Shown: positions 51,101 to 64,000 of the stretch, one piece after another
Numbering within the stretch: position 1 is the stretch's first letter
Layout of the letters: each line of letters starts with the position of its first letter
Source: the human T2T-CHM13v2.0 reference genome, Homo sapiens
DNA length: 64,000 bases
Reading direction: 5' to 3' (one strand)
Assembly: GCF_009914755.1 (NCBI RefSeq)
Contig: NC_060947.1
Translations under genes and position numbers: made by a program
The notes under the pieces: generated by a model
Told to the model about the DNA's origin: nothing
The model's input: the letters and a program-made list of their open reading frames with translations, nothing else
The model's database searches: none

Positions 51101-52399
51101 ATCACTCAGAGGTTTCCTTTTTGGGAAAGTAAGGCCAAGGGAGCTAACCAAAGCCAAGTACCATGCACCCAAATCGTAGCGAGCATAAATATAGCCACCA
51201 GTTATCTGGGTGTGTCACAAGACACCCTTTTCTCTCCCTTGTTGGAGGATGTCTCAATTCCACAGCTTCGCCTTAGCGTTTGTCTTATGATAAGGAGTCC
51301 AGGCAACCCCTGCCAAGACACATTTTTGTCCCAAACTCAATTCTAAGCTTCAGGTCAAAGCCCTAGGAAGGAAAACTTGATCTAAGGCATCCAGAGGCAA
51401 ACAATAACAGAGGAAAAAAGGCACAGTGCAAGTGAACGTGGCTAATTCCTGCCTATTAAGCCAAGCCTCCTCTTTCATGGATAAAGGTTATGCTAGTATC
51501 CATGGCATAAATGAGGTCTAGGGAACACCAAGGCTACTGACAGTAGGTGGGATAGAGACATAGGTGAGAGTGGATAATTTCTATTTTCCAGGCCCTCCCT
51601 GCTTCATAGGTGCAAGCCACTTTGGCATCCATGGTGGCACCTGCCAAGGTCTCCAGGACTCAGAGTTACAAGGATGAAAGACGGAAACAGGATGCTCTTC
51701 CTTCTCTCCCCCACGTACTCTGGGTATCTGCTAGGAAGAGAAGGGAACCAGGGATGCCTGCTCCCCTCTTTCTAGATGGGTAGCCATTCATCTTCAGTCT
51801 GTACCCATTTCAAATGCATCCTGAACTCCCGGGACTCCTTTGAAAAAATGCCTTCTTTTTCCTTTCTCTTCCTCTGTCCTCTCTTCACTGATAGGTAATT
51901 ATGTCTTCATACTACAGGACAATCACCTGAGATGCATCCTCCAAACTGACAAAAGTTTATTTTCCAAACTTTAAACTGGTTGGCTTAGGATTGGGCTCAG
52001 GGTAAAGTAACTCAGAAACCCAACATACCAGCAAAACGGAAAAGTTTATTACGAGTTGGGCTTTTGGCCTCCCTCTACCTGTGCAAAGTCATAAAAGGCC
52101 TTGGGATTTTTGAGCTTTCCTTACCCCTCCCCTTGTTTCATTTTGATAAATGTTTTCTAATAACCCAGTTTGTCTCTTCTTGCCTTCATGCCCTCAAACT
52201 TCAAACAGTCATGCAACTGGAGCCTTGGAGTATTGCCCTTTCTGCTAGGGACCCTTAGATAGGCCTCTGAGGGAGATCTGATTGCCATTTTCCCTCAAAA
52301 CAGCACCCCCTATCAGTAGGAAGCAGTTAAGATCAGTCTTCACCCTTACTCCTATGCTTATTCTAACAGGAGTTAGATGTACTTCTTTAGAGGGGGGAA
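48126..52399 (+). mobile_element. MER61-int (MER4-group non-autonomous internal region)
   Basis: Lies between two cognate LTRs; AT-rich non-coding body, gag-start remnants ~51776-51950, env C-terminal remnant LKLQTVMQLEP ~52190-52225, PPT AGAGGGGGGAA at 52389-99. Confidence 0.85.
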
Positions 52400-52728
52400 C
52401 GAGGCAGTCAAGTGGGAATGGCTCCCTGGCAGAACCTCTGACTGACCTGCCCACTGGGAGGAATGTGCACTCAGGTGGAGCCACAGAAGTGTGCAGTGGG
52501 GAGGAGCCTGGCCCCTCCTCTTCCGGGGTCTAACCTGGGATTCAATCTGTGAGGCAGGAAGCACGCTAACAGGACTGTGGCTTAGTGGAACATTCCTGTT
52601 TTTCCTTTTTGCCCTTTTTGCCCAAATAATTCCATTTTTTTCACCATTCAAAGTGTCTGCGAGCCTAATCTCTCATGGCCATGTGACAAGGACCTGGCTC
52701 TTAGCTGAAAAAGGAAAACGTCCTACAA
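52400..52728 (+). mobile_element. MER61 3' LTR
   Basis: Direct repeat of 47795-48125; provirus flanked by ATTA at 47791-94 and 52729-32. Confidence 0.88.
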
Positions 52729-53856
52729 ATTAGAAATACATTTATTGGAGATATTGGTTAACATACTGAATTTAGAGACCTAGTCTGTGAAAGACTGGTA
52801 ACTCAGATACATTTTAACTCTCGATAGTTTTATTCACACACTACAGTAAGGCAGCACATAGTTCTAGTTCAAAAACCTCAAGGACAACATTTAGGGTTGA
52901 GTAACTTGTGTGTTACCAATCACTTGATTGTTCATAAAATGATATCTTCCAGATACTTTTTTAGGACCCAACTTGCATAATTACAGTTGGTGATCTTGTA
53001 AGTCACAACAGTTTGACACTGTTGAGGTAGGGTGACTAAAATTATAAATTGAACGGAGAGATTTTTCTAATGAGAAAAGGCAAAAAGCAACTCTAGAACG
53101 CTAAAATCTGAGAATGATTTGATTTAGAAAATCATCAGAGTTGTGGCTAGAATAACAAAATGGATATTAGCCACCAAATTTCAGAACATTTAAAATAGAT
53201 GTTAGACCATGAAGATAAATGTTCACTTAAGACAAATAGAGAGTAGATAGGATCAAGCAAAAGTGATATACATGTCCAGTGGAATTATTATGAAAGATTT
53301 AATAATTTTTCTAGTTTATAATTTATTACTGTGGAAGAAAATTATTACTCTTACACTCTTGTCTTTGGAGTCTATACTAGAGTCAAACCTCTTGCTAATA
53401 TGGAAATTCTTGTATTTATTGAATATTTCAAATTATAATTGAGAAGTAATGCCAGTAAGGGTTATCTAGTTTAAAATTTCCCAATAATGTTGTAAACTAT
53501 ATGTTAGGGAAAGAGCATTTTCAATTTGGGGAATGAAAAATCTGCTTGAGCTAGACTTAGACCTTGTTAAATGAGTATGATTTAAAATGTCAGAGAAAAT
53601 AAGGGTGTAGGACATTTTACAGAAAAAAAAAGCAAAAGCAAACACAAAACAATAATTGTCTATGTAAAGAATTGCTCTAGTTTCAATAAAGGAAAATGTG
53701 TATTTTAATTAATCTAATATATATTTATGTATATGTTTATATAAATTGTATATGTATTTCAGATAGTAATATTTGGGGGGAAATGACAAAAGTACATGTT
53801 GATTTAAAAACTACTATATTTCTTCTATGTTTTTAGAGATTGAAGTTCAACTATTC

Positions 53857-54162
<306 letters not shown>

Positions 54163-55014
54163 TCAACTATTCCATAATTTTGTTAAAGACATAAAGCTAA
54201 ATCTTTTAATAAATATTTTCTTTATATAATGTAAATGTAAATCAGCAATGCTATTTTGTATGTCATGACATTGAGTTGTCAGACAAATCTTACTAATTAT
54301 GTTGAAGACTCTACTTTATGACCATCTTGCAAGTTCAGTGAAACAAAACCTGGAGACTGAAACAAGAATTAAAAGAAGAGGAGAAATAAACTGCTGTAAT
54401 TCCCTGAGCCAATAGAGAGACAACACAGCTAACTTCTCTCTCAAATGTTTGAAAGCTCCTGAAGGGAAAAGAGGAGAAATCTAGGTAGAGCTCCAGAGTG
54501 TGGAATTAGCAAGAGTCCAAGGACCCTCAAGAATTCTCTAAAAGGAGAGTCATAAAGATGTGAATAATCACACAGTGTATCTTCTAACACGGGAAAGGGT
54601 TCGATGGGAGAAAGTGTCCCTCAGGAAGAACAGCAATTTCTTTAACTCCGCTGCATGGAAATAAGGAATCCAAGTTTACTTCAGCTTGTGAGGAAGAATG
54701 GGTTATATTCAATAGTAGACTAGGTGAATCAATCCTTCTGTCTGATCAACTACGACCTTCTATCCATTACACAAATCCTAAAAGTGATGTCCATTATGGC
54801 ACAGGAATATGTGCACCTGAAAAAGTCAGTTCTAGGGTAGAAAAACATCCAGTTAAAAGCTGCCAGAGGTGTGCACCTACTTAGAGAAGAAGACTTGAAG
54901 ACTTCTTTGTTGGGGAGAAAATATTTGATTTATACAAATGTAAGGCAAATATTGTATTCTGAAATAGTGAGGATCCAGGCAATAGAGTGTGCTCTTCTGC
55001 AAAATAATTTGTAA

Positions 55015-55175
55015 TAGCTCTCAAATTTGGCATGAGTGAGAATCACGTGGAAAATTTGTCAAAAATACTGGCACCTGGCATTCTGATTCATTAGACAGGA
55101 ATTGACATCAGACATCTGAATTTAAAAACAGAAAAGCCTGCTCTGATGATTCAAATTCATGTCAACATCTAAGAA
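55015..55175 (+). mobile_element. MER5A-like fragment
   Basis: CTCTCAAATTTGG...GAATCAC.TGG...ATTCTGATTCA pattern. Confidence 0.5.
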
Positions 55176-56659
55176 AAAAAATCCCAATATATTTTTTCTT
55201 CATTATTTGCAAAGGGAGGTTTTCTAAAGCCTTGCAATTATATTTCCATTTTGAAATATAAGTGATATTTTTTCCTTCGTTCTTGTCTAAGGTTTGAACT
55301 GAAGACTTCTCTTTCATATGGCAGAAGCAAATGATTTCTATAGTGCTGTGTCAAACCAAAAGTTAATGTTAAAGAGATGTATTTAGGAAATGTGTGGAAT
55401 CCCTTGCTCTATGTATTTGAGAAGGAATCACACCAAATATATAGTTTTAACTTATCCCCATTGTTTGTGGTAGTGGTGGTGGTGTTGATATCCCCGAGCA
55501 TTCAATAAGGTTTTAGATACTGTTGCATTTTATAGCTCTGCTCTGAGAAATAAAAATATGGACTTGTGTCCATGGATGGAGAAAAGTTATAGGATAGGTG
55601 TCATAACAGACCAGGGAAAACCAGTATGAAGGAAAGAAGTAATATGAAAAATAGAGAAAGAGGAGTCCAAAAAATGAGCTAAAGTGACGATCCAAAATCA
55701 GGATGTTTTTGTGGAACATGCAATACTTTTGAGATACCTAGAAAAATACTGCAAAGAGAATTTGGGAAAAGCCTGGAATTCCAGTCAAGTGGCATGAGGA
55801 CTCAGCTACAATTTGGTCATTCCATGGTGCTATGAATCTTGAAGCCTGGAAAAATCAGGAAAACCTGCATAACATTTCTAATGCCTCCATTTCATGCTAA
55901 TCAGTGAAGGCCAGATATAAATTGAGTAAAGAAGTAAAGAAAATGTCACAACTTTCATTTAGGGTGTCATCAATCCCATAATGAATAAACTTGAACTTTT
56001 GGGAAATGCATGTGGCTTTTGGAATCACTATATCCATATGACCTCACATTTCCTCAGCCTGACCACCAGTAACATAACTCCAGCTGCTTTAGTGTTTGGG
56101 AGGTGACAATCCAAATCAATGTTAAGTGTAAAAGTATAGCAATAACTGGCTTAAGTTCAACCACTCAACTGGCTCTTTTTCCAAAGCAGAAGGATACTCT
56201 CTCTGCCTCTATTGAAATGTTGACATGGGCCTTTTTCATATACCATTGAAAGGAAATACAAGAAAATAATATGACTTTCAAATGCAAAACTAACGTCAGC
56301 ACGGCAAACCAGAGTGATTTCACAGATTTATATTTTTTAGGAAAATCAGTTTTCTAATTTTGTCAGTTTATAAGACACTGGCATTGTTAAAATGATATTC
56401 TTAGTCACCATTGAACATAATGCTTCCCATGTAGGAGAACATAGTTCCAATCCTCAGGTAATTATCAAATAACTACTTCAAGGAATATTCAATATGATTC
56501 CACATATGTACACATATAATAATTAGAGTAAGGTATTTGTGGTTGCCTGAAATTATTATAATGAGATATATTTCAGGATTTCCCCAAATCAAATGTGCTT
56601 GTTTAACTGCAGTAGAACTGAGGATTATATTTTTGGAAACTTTTCTCCTATTGAGCACT

Positions 56660-57945
56660 CTCCACCCTTCGTTATCTTTGACCTTTTCTAGTATCATAGT
56701 TGTACCCTGATCTCAGATGTATACCTCTAGCTTAGACTTTGGACCTTTCTCATGAACACCAGTCTTATGTATTCAACTGACTCTTCAACATCTACATTTG
56801 GATAATGGGCATTTTTAAATCAACAAGTACAAAATAGAGGTCTTGATCTTCCCCCTTCTAAACTGATTCTTTCACAGTCCTTCCATATCCGTTAATAGCA
56901 ACTTCACATTAAGTTATTTAGCCTTAAAATCTTGGAGTCATCCTTGACTCCTACTTATGACTGTTTACAGCCTGTCAGTAAATCCTGTTGCCATTCCTGG
57001 ACTGAGCCACCATCATTCTGGACCATGTATATTGCCTCCAAAGAGTATGTATATATGTGTTTATGTTCAAATCATATAACCAGTATCTATGATGATATAT
57101 ATTTTCCATATTTTTAAATCAGTTTGTACCAGCAACCAGTTGCCTACAGCCAGTTACATTGTTATTCAAATTGCATGGAACACCCTAAGAAGATGATCTG
57201 TTCTATTTCATCTAACATTCAAATTTTATGTAACCAGATAGAAGGATTCTAGATTCTATATTATATGATATTTATATTGTATAACACCACATAAAAATTG
57301 AGGAAAAGTAATTTAAGTAGTTACTTTTACTTCTTCTACAATTTACTCTCAGTACGGAGTTATCCTGTTGAAACCTTAAAAGCAAGTGAAATCTCTGCTT
57401 AAAAGCCTACTCGTAGCTTTAATCTCACTCAGAATAAAAGACTAAGGCCTTACAAGGATTTTACACGGCTTTCACAGTTTACAGCCTATATGTCTTTTAC
57501 CTCATTTTGTATCACTCTCTCCCTTACATACCTTTTTTCCAGCCACACTGGTTTCCTTGCTGAATTCTGTCAAACCAGGATGTTCTAACCCCCAGGCTTC
57601 TATACTTTTAGTGTTCTCTGTCATGAACTCGCTCTGCTTAGTTATAAAACGGTTTGTTTCCTCATTTCCTTCGGATTTTGCTGAAATATCACCTCCAGAA
57701 GGTTTCTCTGATCACCCTATTCTAAATTTAATACCTCTTCTATTTCTTCTTGTTTTCTTGTTCACTGTAGCACATTCTATATTTTACTTACATGTTTTAT
57801 TTGCTATGTTGTCTTCACAGAAATGCAAGCTCCTCATGAATTTGTGCTTGATTTTTTCATTGCTGTAACCCTCTATTTTAATTGCCCCTGGCACATATTT
57901 GTGGCTTAAAAAATAAATATTTGTTGCTGAGTCAATTAATGAATT
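56660..57945 (+). mobile_element. L2a 3' region (interrupted ~57050-57380)
   Basis: AAAATCTTGGAGTCATCCTTGACTCCT, CCAGCCACACTGG, CCTGGCACATA...AATAAATATTTGTTG end. Confidence 0.8.
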
Positions 57946-59370
57946 CAGTGTTGAGCAATATTTTTCTGTATACCACTGCCTTGACTGCTGTGAAAATCTT
58001 ATAAAAGGATCCAAGTAATTAGTTGAAAATGTACGATTACCACATTATGTTTTGTTCCTTTCTTTTGGGTTTCCTATTGGGTAAATCTAGTTTCTGTTTG
58101 TAATGATGTTTTATTCATTTGAAACAATATTCCTTCCCAATTTTTAATGGAATGTAAACTTCATGAAGATGCATCAGCAATTTTATTTCCCATTTTGAAA
58201 TTTCTTTCTCATATTACACAAAATTGTACAATTTGACACTGTTAGGAATTTTATAGAGCTGTCTAGGCTGATTTGAAGTGATTTTCCCTCATCACTCCTT
58301 GACTACACCGTTTAATTCACATGACAAATTGAACAAAAGAGCACATAGAGTTACAACCTGTAGATCTTTAATTAGTGTCTTCATTATCCAGAGGCACACA
58401 TTTATAATCCTCTAGAGTCCTTGCTGTGATGCATAGAAGATGGCTGGCTAAATCTGATGAGTTAATATACTCAGATACTGTTATTTTCCTCTAAACTTAT
58501 TTTTTTACCCCCAAAATAAGACAGTATTTTGTACATTTTACTTCTTGATATAAAGACAGGAGGATATGTGTAAGCAGAATATAACTGCTTACCTTCAATA
58601 AAACAATTCTAATATGTTTTCAGGTTTCAGTACAGAAACATTGTTAATACATAATATAATTATGGCATCAGACCATTGATTCTGGGAGGTTTCATTTGTT
58701 CATGCTTAAAATTACAGTTGCACAGACAATCCTAGTACTATTCAATCATTTGCAGTTATTTTTCTATATTTCTGTGTTTATATATTCATTTTAATATTTT
58801 ATTTATTCTGATATCTATACACATTAACATTTAGACCATTCAGCTGACTTTTTAAAAACAATGAAACAGATGTCATTTAATTTTTTTACCGATATTTCCA
58901 TGAAGGTTTCAGTATTGCTCTTTTGTCTGAATTTTTGTTATAAATATGAAAATATGTTTCCCATGAGTAGATATTATTTTGTAAAAAAAACAGTAAACTA
59001 ATTTATGAACTCTTATATATAACAAAATCAAACAATTTTATGGACTGTAATGTTTTCTCCATTTCTACTACATTTTTGTGTGCTTTATACGTTTCTATTA
59101 TAGCACTTACCTAAATTACGTATTCATTTGCATGTCTTTCTCTTGTATCTATAGACTTGTGCCTAGGATTCTGCTTGATCTTAAAACTTACTCATGAAGG
59201 TTTTTAAATAAATGGTATTATCATCATGGGTGAATGTATGATGAATCTACTTTGTGCTAAATAGTTTTCTTTGTAAATCTTTTGCTAGTTTTTACAATTT
59301 ATAGAGTATTTTTCTTTTTGAGGGATATACACTTATTTGGTCTTCTTGGTTTCCAGATTCAAACTGGAAA

Positions 59371-59717
59371 TATGTTCATAATTTCTTTAATTCTATTTTA
59401 TAGTCATCAAGGAAAATGGGGGTGTTCATTTTATGTATTAGTTTGTTTCCTATTAGTAAATTGTAGTAATTTCTCTTATTTATACATCTAGAACATTTCT
59501 CTTGTTGTTGGTTAAATGTACTAGATCCTCACCAAACTGCTCTAACATAATAATACCTTTCTCTTGTGCCAAACATATACTGTATTCATTTTCCCTTTCC
59601 TATTTGTAGAGGCTTCATTCTCTTTTTCACTATTGTGGTAAGGACGCTTAACATGAAATATATTTTTTAAAAAAACTTTTAAGTGTACAATAGAGTATTG
59701 TTAACTACAGGTACAAT
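59371..59717 (+). repeat. Copy A of a ~347-bp dispersed direct duplication
   Basis: Aligns end to end with 61184-61529 at roughly 88-90% identity by eye. Confidence 0.93.
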
Positions 59718-61183
59718 AGTTTTTTTTCTTTTTTGACCTGAAACATAGTACAGAGTTAGTACACATCTTGCCACAATCTATTTTATTGTATTGGCCCATA
59801 GTGGAAGTTTTGATTCATGTAATAAAATACATTTTAAAATTGCAGTAAAAGATCCAGGGTGTTAATCTTCTAGCTGGTAAAAACAATTACAAATTCTGCA
59901 TTTGTTAATATTTTATTGGTTATTGCCACTTTTCCTTGAATTGAAAGGCCTAAAAGATAGATAAATTTTGCCAAATGCTTTATTTTGAGATGTAATTTTT
60001 AACCTCATGACTGAGGAGAGAGCTGAAATTTCTCACATAAGGTGCAGCACAAATTTGATTTATGTTCAGTATAATCTCTTATAACTCAGACTGGAAAGAA
60101 AATACACAGTTACGAATTTGTTAGTGCCTAGAGAAACAATATCTTTAAAGTCAACAGGAGTGGATAAAAAGAAAATATGTCCTTTGTTGATATTCCAGTA
60201 ACTGACCACAATGTTAAATATATTCGATAGGCCAAATGTGTTTAAAATTTGATTTTGGAAAAGAACAGAAATAGACGATTTAACTATATAGAGTCTAAAA
60301 GTGCTTAAAAAGGTGTCCTTCGTTGCTTTCTGTTAAATAAAATCTTGGTGATTTATTGATGTCGTTACACCATGTTACACACTCAGCACTCCTCCTCCAA
60401 TGTTCCCCAGAAAAACAAAATAAATGGCAAGGAAAAGAATCTGCTATTCTTTTTTGGCTTATCTTAGAGCCTAAACCCAAAGACAAAGAACCCTGGGTCA
60501 GGAGGAGTTAAATCTTAAGATCCTACTGCCTATAGATATGTACCTACTTTTTGCTTCTTCTGCTAATTCAATTTACTTCACAATAAAACTCACAATTGAT
60601 CAGAGGTGTGGCTTATGCATTCCAGGGTGCCAATGACGACAGGGTAGATGATGATTCTATTTTCTACCTTAGACTTCTTTGAATCTGTGAATACTGAGTT
60701 CTAGATGAGATTTCTGCTTTGTGTCAGATGGGAAATCCAGTTGTTTCTTGTTCAAAGCCTGGTAATTCCCTCAACATTCCCCCACGCTCTGCTTATTTTG
60801 CTGTTCTAGTATTCCTCTACACTTTGCTTTGTGGGATTTCTCGTACTGAGAAATACAGAGACATAAATGTTGGGTTTGCTAAAGGTATCCCACAGATCAT
60901 TTGTCTTCCAACAGTCAACTGGCTCAGTAGAGTAATTGCATCCACAATGTCTTATACCATTCTTACTCCAATCTCCAAACACATAGTGAGTTAATTAATT
61001 ATGATATTGCCCATTAACACTTTAATAAACCTTATCTTCTCTGTGACCAACCTTAGAGTTATTACTTCCCTAGCATTTTCCTCATAGCATGGACTACTAT
61101 CATCTGAAATTGCTCCAACACTTTCAAACTTTCAATTAATGCCTGAAGCATCTTGTACTGAATTTCCTTGTCTTACCTTCAAG

Positions 61184-61529
61184 TATATTCATAATTTCTT
61201 TAATTCCATTTTATAGTCATCAAGGAAAATGGGGGTGTTCGTTTTATGTTCTAGTTTGTCTCCTATTAGTAAATTTCAGTAATTGCACTTATTTATAAAT
61301 CTAGAGCATTTCTCTGTTCTTGGTTAAATATACTAGCTCCTCACCAAACGTCTCTAACATAATAATACTTTTCTCTTGTGCCAAGGATATACTGTATTCA
61401 TTTCCCCTTTCCTATATGTAGAGGCTTTGTTCTCTTTTTCATTATTGTGGTAAGGACACTTAACATGAAATCTATCCTCCTTTAAAACTTTTAAGTGTAC
61501 AATAGAGTATTGTTAACTATAGGCACAAT
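61184..61529 (+). repeat. Copy B of the ~347-bp duplication (continues into the longer L1)
   Basis: Shared TAGTCATCAAGGAAAATGGGGGTGTTC ... AAGTGTACAATAGAGTATTGTTAACTA. Confidence 0.93.
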
Positions 61530-62245
61530 GTCATACAGTAGATCTCTATAACTTACTCATCTTGTATAACTGAAACTTTATACTCATTGAGGAACAACTT
61601 CCCATTTCTGCCTGGAAACCACCATTCTACTCTCTGTTTCCATGAATTTGACTATTTTAGATGCCTCATGTAAGTAGAATCATGCAGTCTTGTCTTTCTG
61701 TAACTGCTTCATTTTACTCAGTATAATGTTTTCCAGGTCCATTCATATTGTCACATATGGCAGGATTTCATTCCTTTTTTAAGACTGAATATTATTCCAT
61801 TGTATGTATGTATCACATTTGATTTATCTATTGATGGGTATTTAGGTTGTTTCCATATCTTGGTTATTGGGCAAATTACTGGAACAGATATTTCTTCAAA
61901 GAAGACATACAAATGGCCAACAAGTATATGACAAGACACTCAACATCATTAATCATCAGGAAAATGAAAATCAAAATCACAGTGAAATATCACCTCAGAC
62001 CTCTTAGGCTGGCTATTATATATATGAAAAAGATAGCTGTTGGCAAAGATGTGGAAAAAATGGAACCCTTGTACACTGTCGGTGGGAATGTAAAATTGTT
62101 TAGCCACTATGAAAAATAGTATGGAGATTCCCTGAAATTTTTTAAAATAGAAATACCATATGATCCAGTGAAACTACTTCTGGGTATATATCCAAAGAAT
62201 TGAGATTAGAATTTCAGATATCTGCATTCCCATGTTTATTGAGGC
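61434..62245 (-). mobile_element. L1MA9/10-type with 5' inversion; 3' part minus ~61434-61868, inverted part plus ~61869-62245
   Basis: Antisense 3'UTR (ATAACTGAAACTTTATAC) switches to sense ORF2 (AAAGAAGACATACAAATGGCCAAC); degenerate TSD GAGGC....TTCT at 61421-33 and 62241-53. Confidence 0.82.
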
Positions 62246-62370
62246 CCGCTTCTAAGACCACAAATCTTCCACAAATAATCTACTTTCTTCCTTCAGCTCA
62301 AGCTATTTAGTAGTTTCCAGTTTCTACTTCTGAAGGGAAATTGTCCTTGGAGCAGCATTATTTCTCTTTA

Positions 62371-62660
<290 letters not shown>

Positions 62661-63017
62661 CTCTTTATTTAATATACTTTATAATCTCTCTAGAGAAAAA
62701 AGTGACAAACTATTTTCATGGTGACTTTATCTACCTGATAGCCAAAGCAACAAATTCCTGGAATATGTTCCCTTAGTAATGTTTTTCTGGAGAAATTTAT
62801 GTTATTTAATTTCAGTTTTAAAATTTTATCTCCATTTTAATTTTTTTATTTTCCATTTCCAACCTTCTTTCCCATTCATAGGAAATACTTATAATGTGTT
62901 ACATACACTTTTGTTTGTTTTCCTGAAAAACGTGCTTTATATTTTATGTGTAAGTAGTTTTAATATACAAAACTGTTATTGTATAATATATCTCATTCTG
63001 TTTTTTACTCGTTATCA

Positions 63018-63152
63018 TGTATTGCATTATTGTTCAAAGCATTTGCTGCCCTTTGCTGTAGGAGGAGTATACTTCCCTTCTCCATTAATATCAGACTTGA
63101 CTAGGGGACCTTGTTTGGCCGATGAAATGTGATAAGTGGCATGTGTCATTCT
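63018..63152 (+). mobile_element. Old MLT1 (I/J-like) 5' fragment
   Basis: GTATACTTCCC.TC.CCATT...TTGTTTGGCCGATGAAATGT...ATGTGTCA. Confidence 0.6.
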
Positions 63153-63599
63153 TTGGTTTGTTTGTTTTTTTCATATCTCGATCTCAACTAGACGTAAGAT
63201 GTTTCATTGCCAGTTTGAAAGTAAAACGTTGTATTTCTCTTTGCTGCTTTCTTAAGACCAATCTCATGTATAATTAGCCCTATGGATAGTTTAAACCCAC
63301 AAAATTCACATTTTCCTACAAAAATCACAAATGTTTTCCTAAACTTCCTGTTTCTTCATTCTTCATCATGTCTACTCCTATAATTTGGATATTGTCCATG
63401 ATTATAGTTCCTCATTGTTGAGGATAAATGCTTTCAACAGTGTTAGATTTTAAAAAAAACAAAACAAAGCCCTTACCAATGTATTGTATAACTCTTATAT
63501 TTAGCATCTTTTGCTGCAACTTTGAGATTTATTTATCCTCCTATCTAAGCAACTCCTCTAAATGTGTTTACAACTCTATTTCATTATTTCAAAAAATGG

Positions 63600-64000
63600 T
63601 GTTTTCAACACATTTGGGGTCTTTTTAAGAAAACTTTCTGAAGCATCTCTTACAATACCTGACTTTCGCATTTGAATGACAGTTTAGTTGGATATAAAAT
63701 TCTGGTTACAAAATATTTTCCTTCAGTTAAAAAAATATTGTTCTGTTGTCTGCTAGAATCTCACATAGTGTTGAGAAGGCTCATTCTTATTTTGTATTTT
63801 TCTGTCTGAAAGTTTTGAACTTTTAATAATTTTTAATTTTATATCTTTTCTGTTTAACAATCCATGACATGAGTTATTTCATCTTTCTTTATTTCTAAGA
63901 GTTTTATTTTGACCATTACTTAAAAATTATCCTTCTGTCTGTTATTATTTTCTGCTCTATTGAAGACTATAAGTATCTGAATATTGATAATGCTATTCAA
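63600..64000 (-). mobile_element. Ancient L1ME/HAL1-type ORF1 fragment
   Basis: TTGAATGACAGTTTAGTTGGATATAAAATTCTGG...TTGTTCTGTTGTC...GTTGAGAAG antisense ORF1 pattern. Confidence 0.6.

Noticed and set aside
47766-52733. Paralogous ORFs at 47766-48072 and 52245-52733 as a duplicated gene
   Set aside because: They are translations of the two LTR copies
59371-59717. Copy A as an L1 3' transduction
   Set aside because: The content (L1 end plus downstream flank) fits, but there is no poly(T) on the left and no TSD

Overview
AT-rich primate genomic DNA, probably intergenic or deep intronic. An AluY and a young L1PA2-type 3' end point to a great-ape or human genome. I see no credible protein-coding gene, RNA gene or CRISPR array. 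The listed ORFs are chance frames or decayed L1/ERV remnants. More than half of the window is transposon-derived: Alus, L1s of many ages, L2/MIR, MaLR, MER57 and MLT2 LTRs, an ERVL pol fragment, an LTR16/ERV3-16A3-type provirus, a two-LTR MER61 provirus, and hAT/Tigger/mariner MITEs. I did not find a new multi-gene system. The best signals are small structural oddities read directly from the sequence: (1) a perfectly palindromic MADE1 (miR-548-type hairpin) with the same non-consensus change on both arms; (2) a 35-bp templated insertion copied from 700 bp away; (3) an L1MA keeping both termini and its TSD but missing about 5-6 kb internally; (4) a triplicated target site; (5) a poly(A)-only insertion with TSD; (6) two twin-primed L1s; (7) a non-tandem 347-bp local duplication; (8) an LTR16 provirus with unlike LTRs and an internal inversion. 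Subfamily names come from recalled consensus sequences, not a database search. Old-repeat boundaries are approximate.
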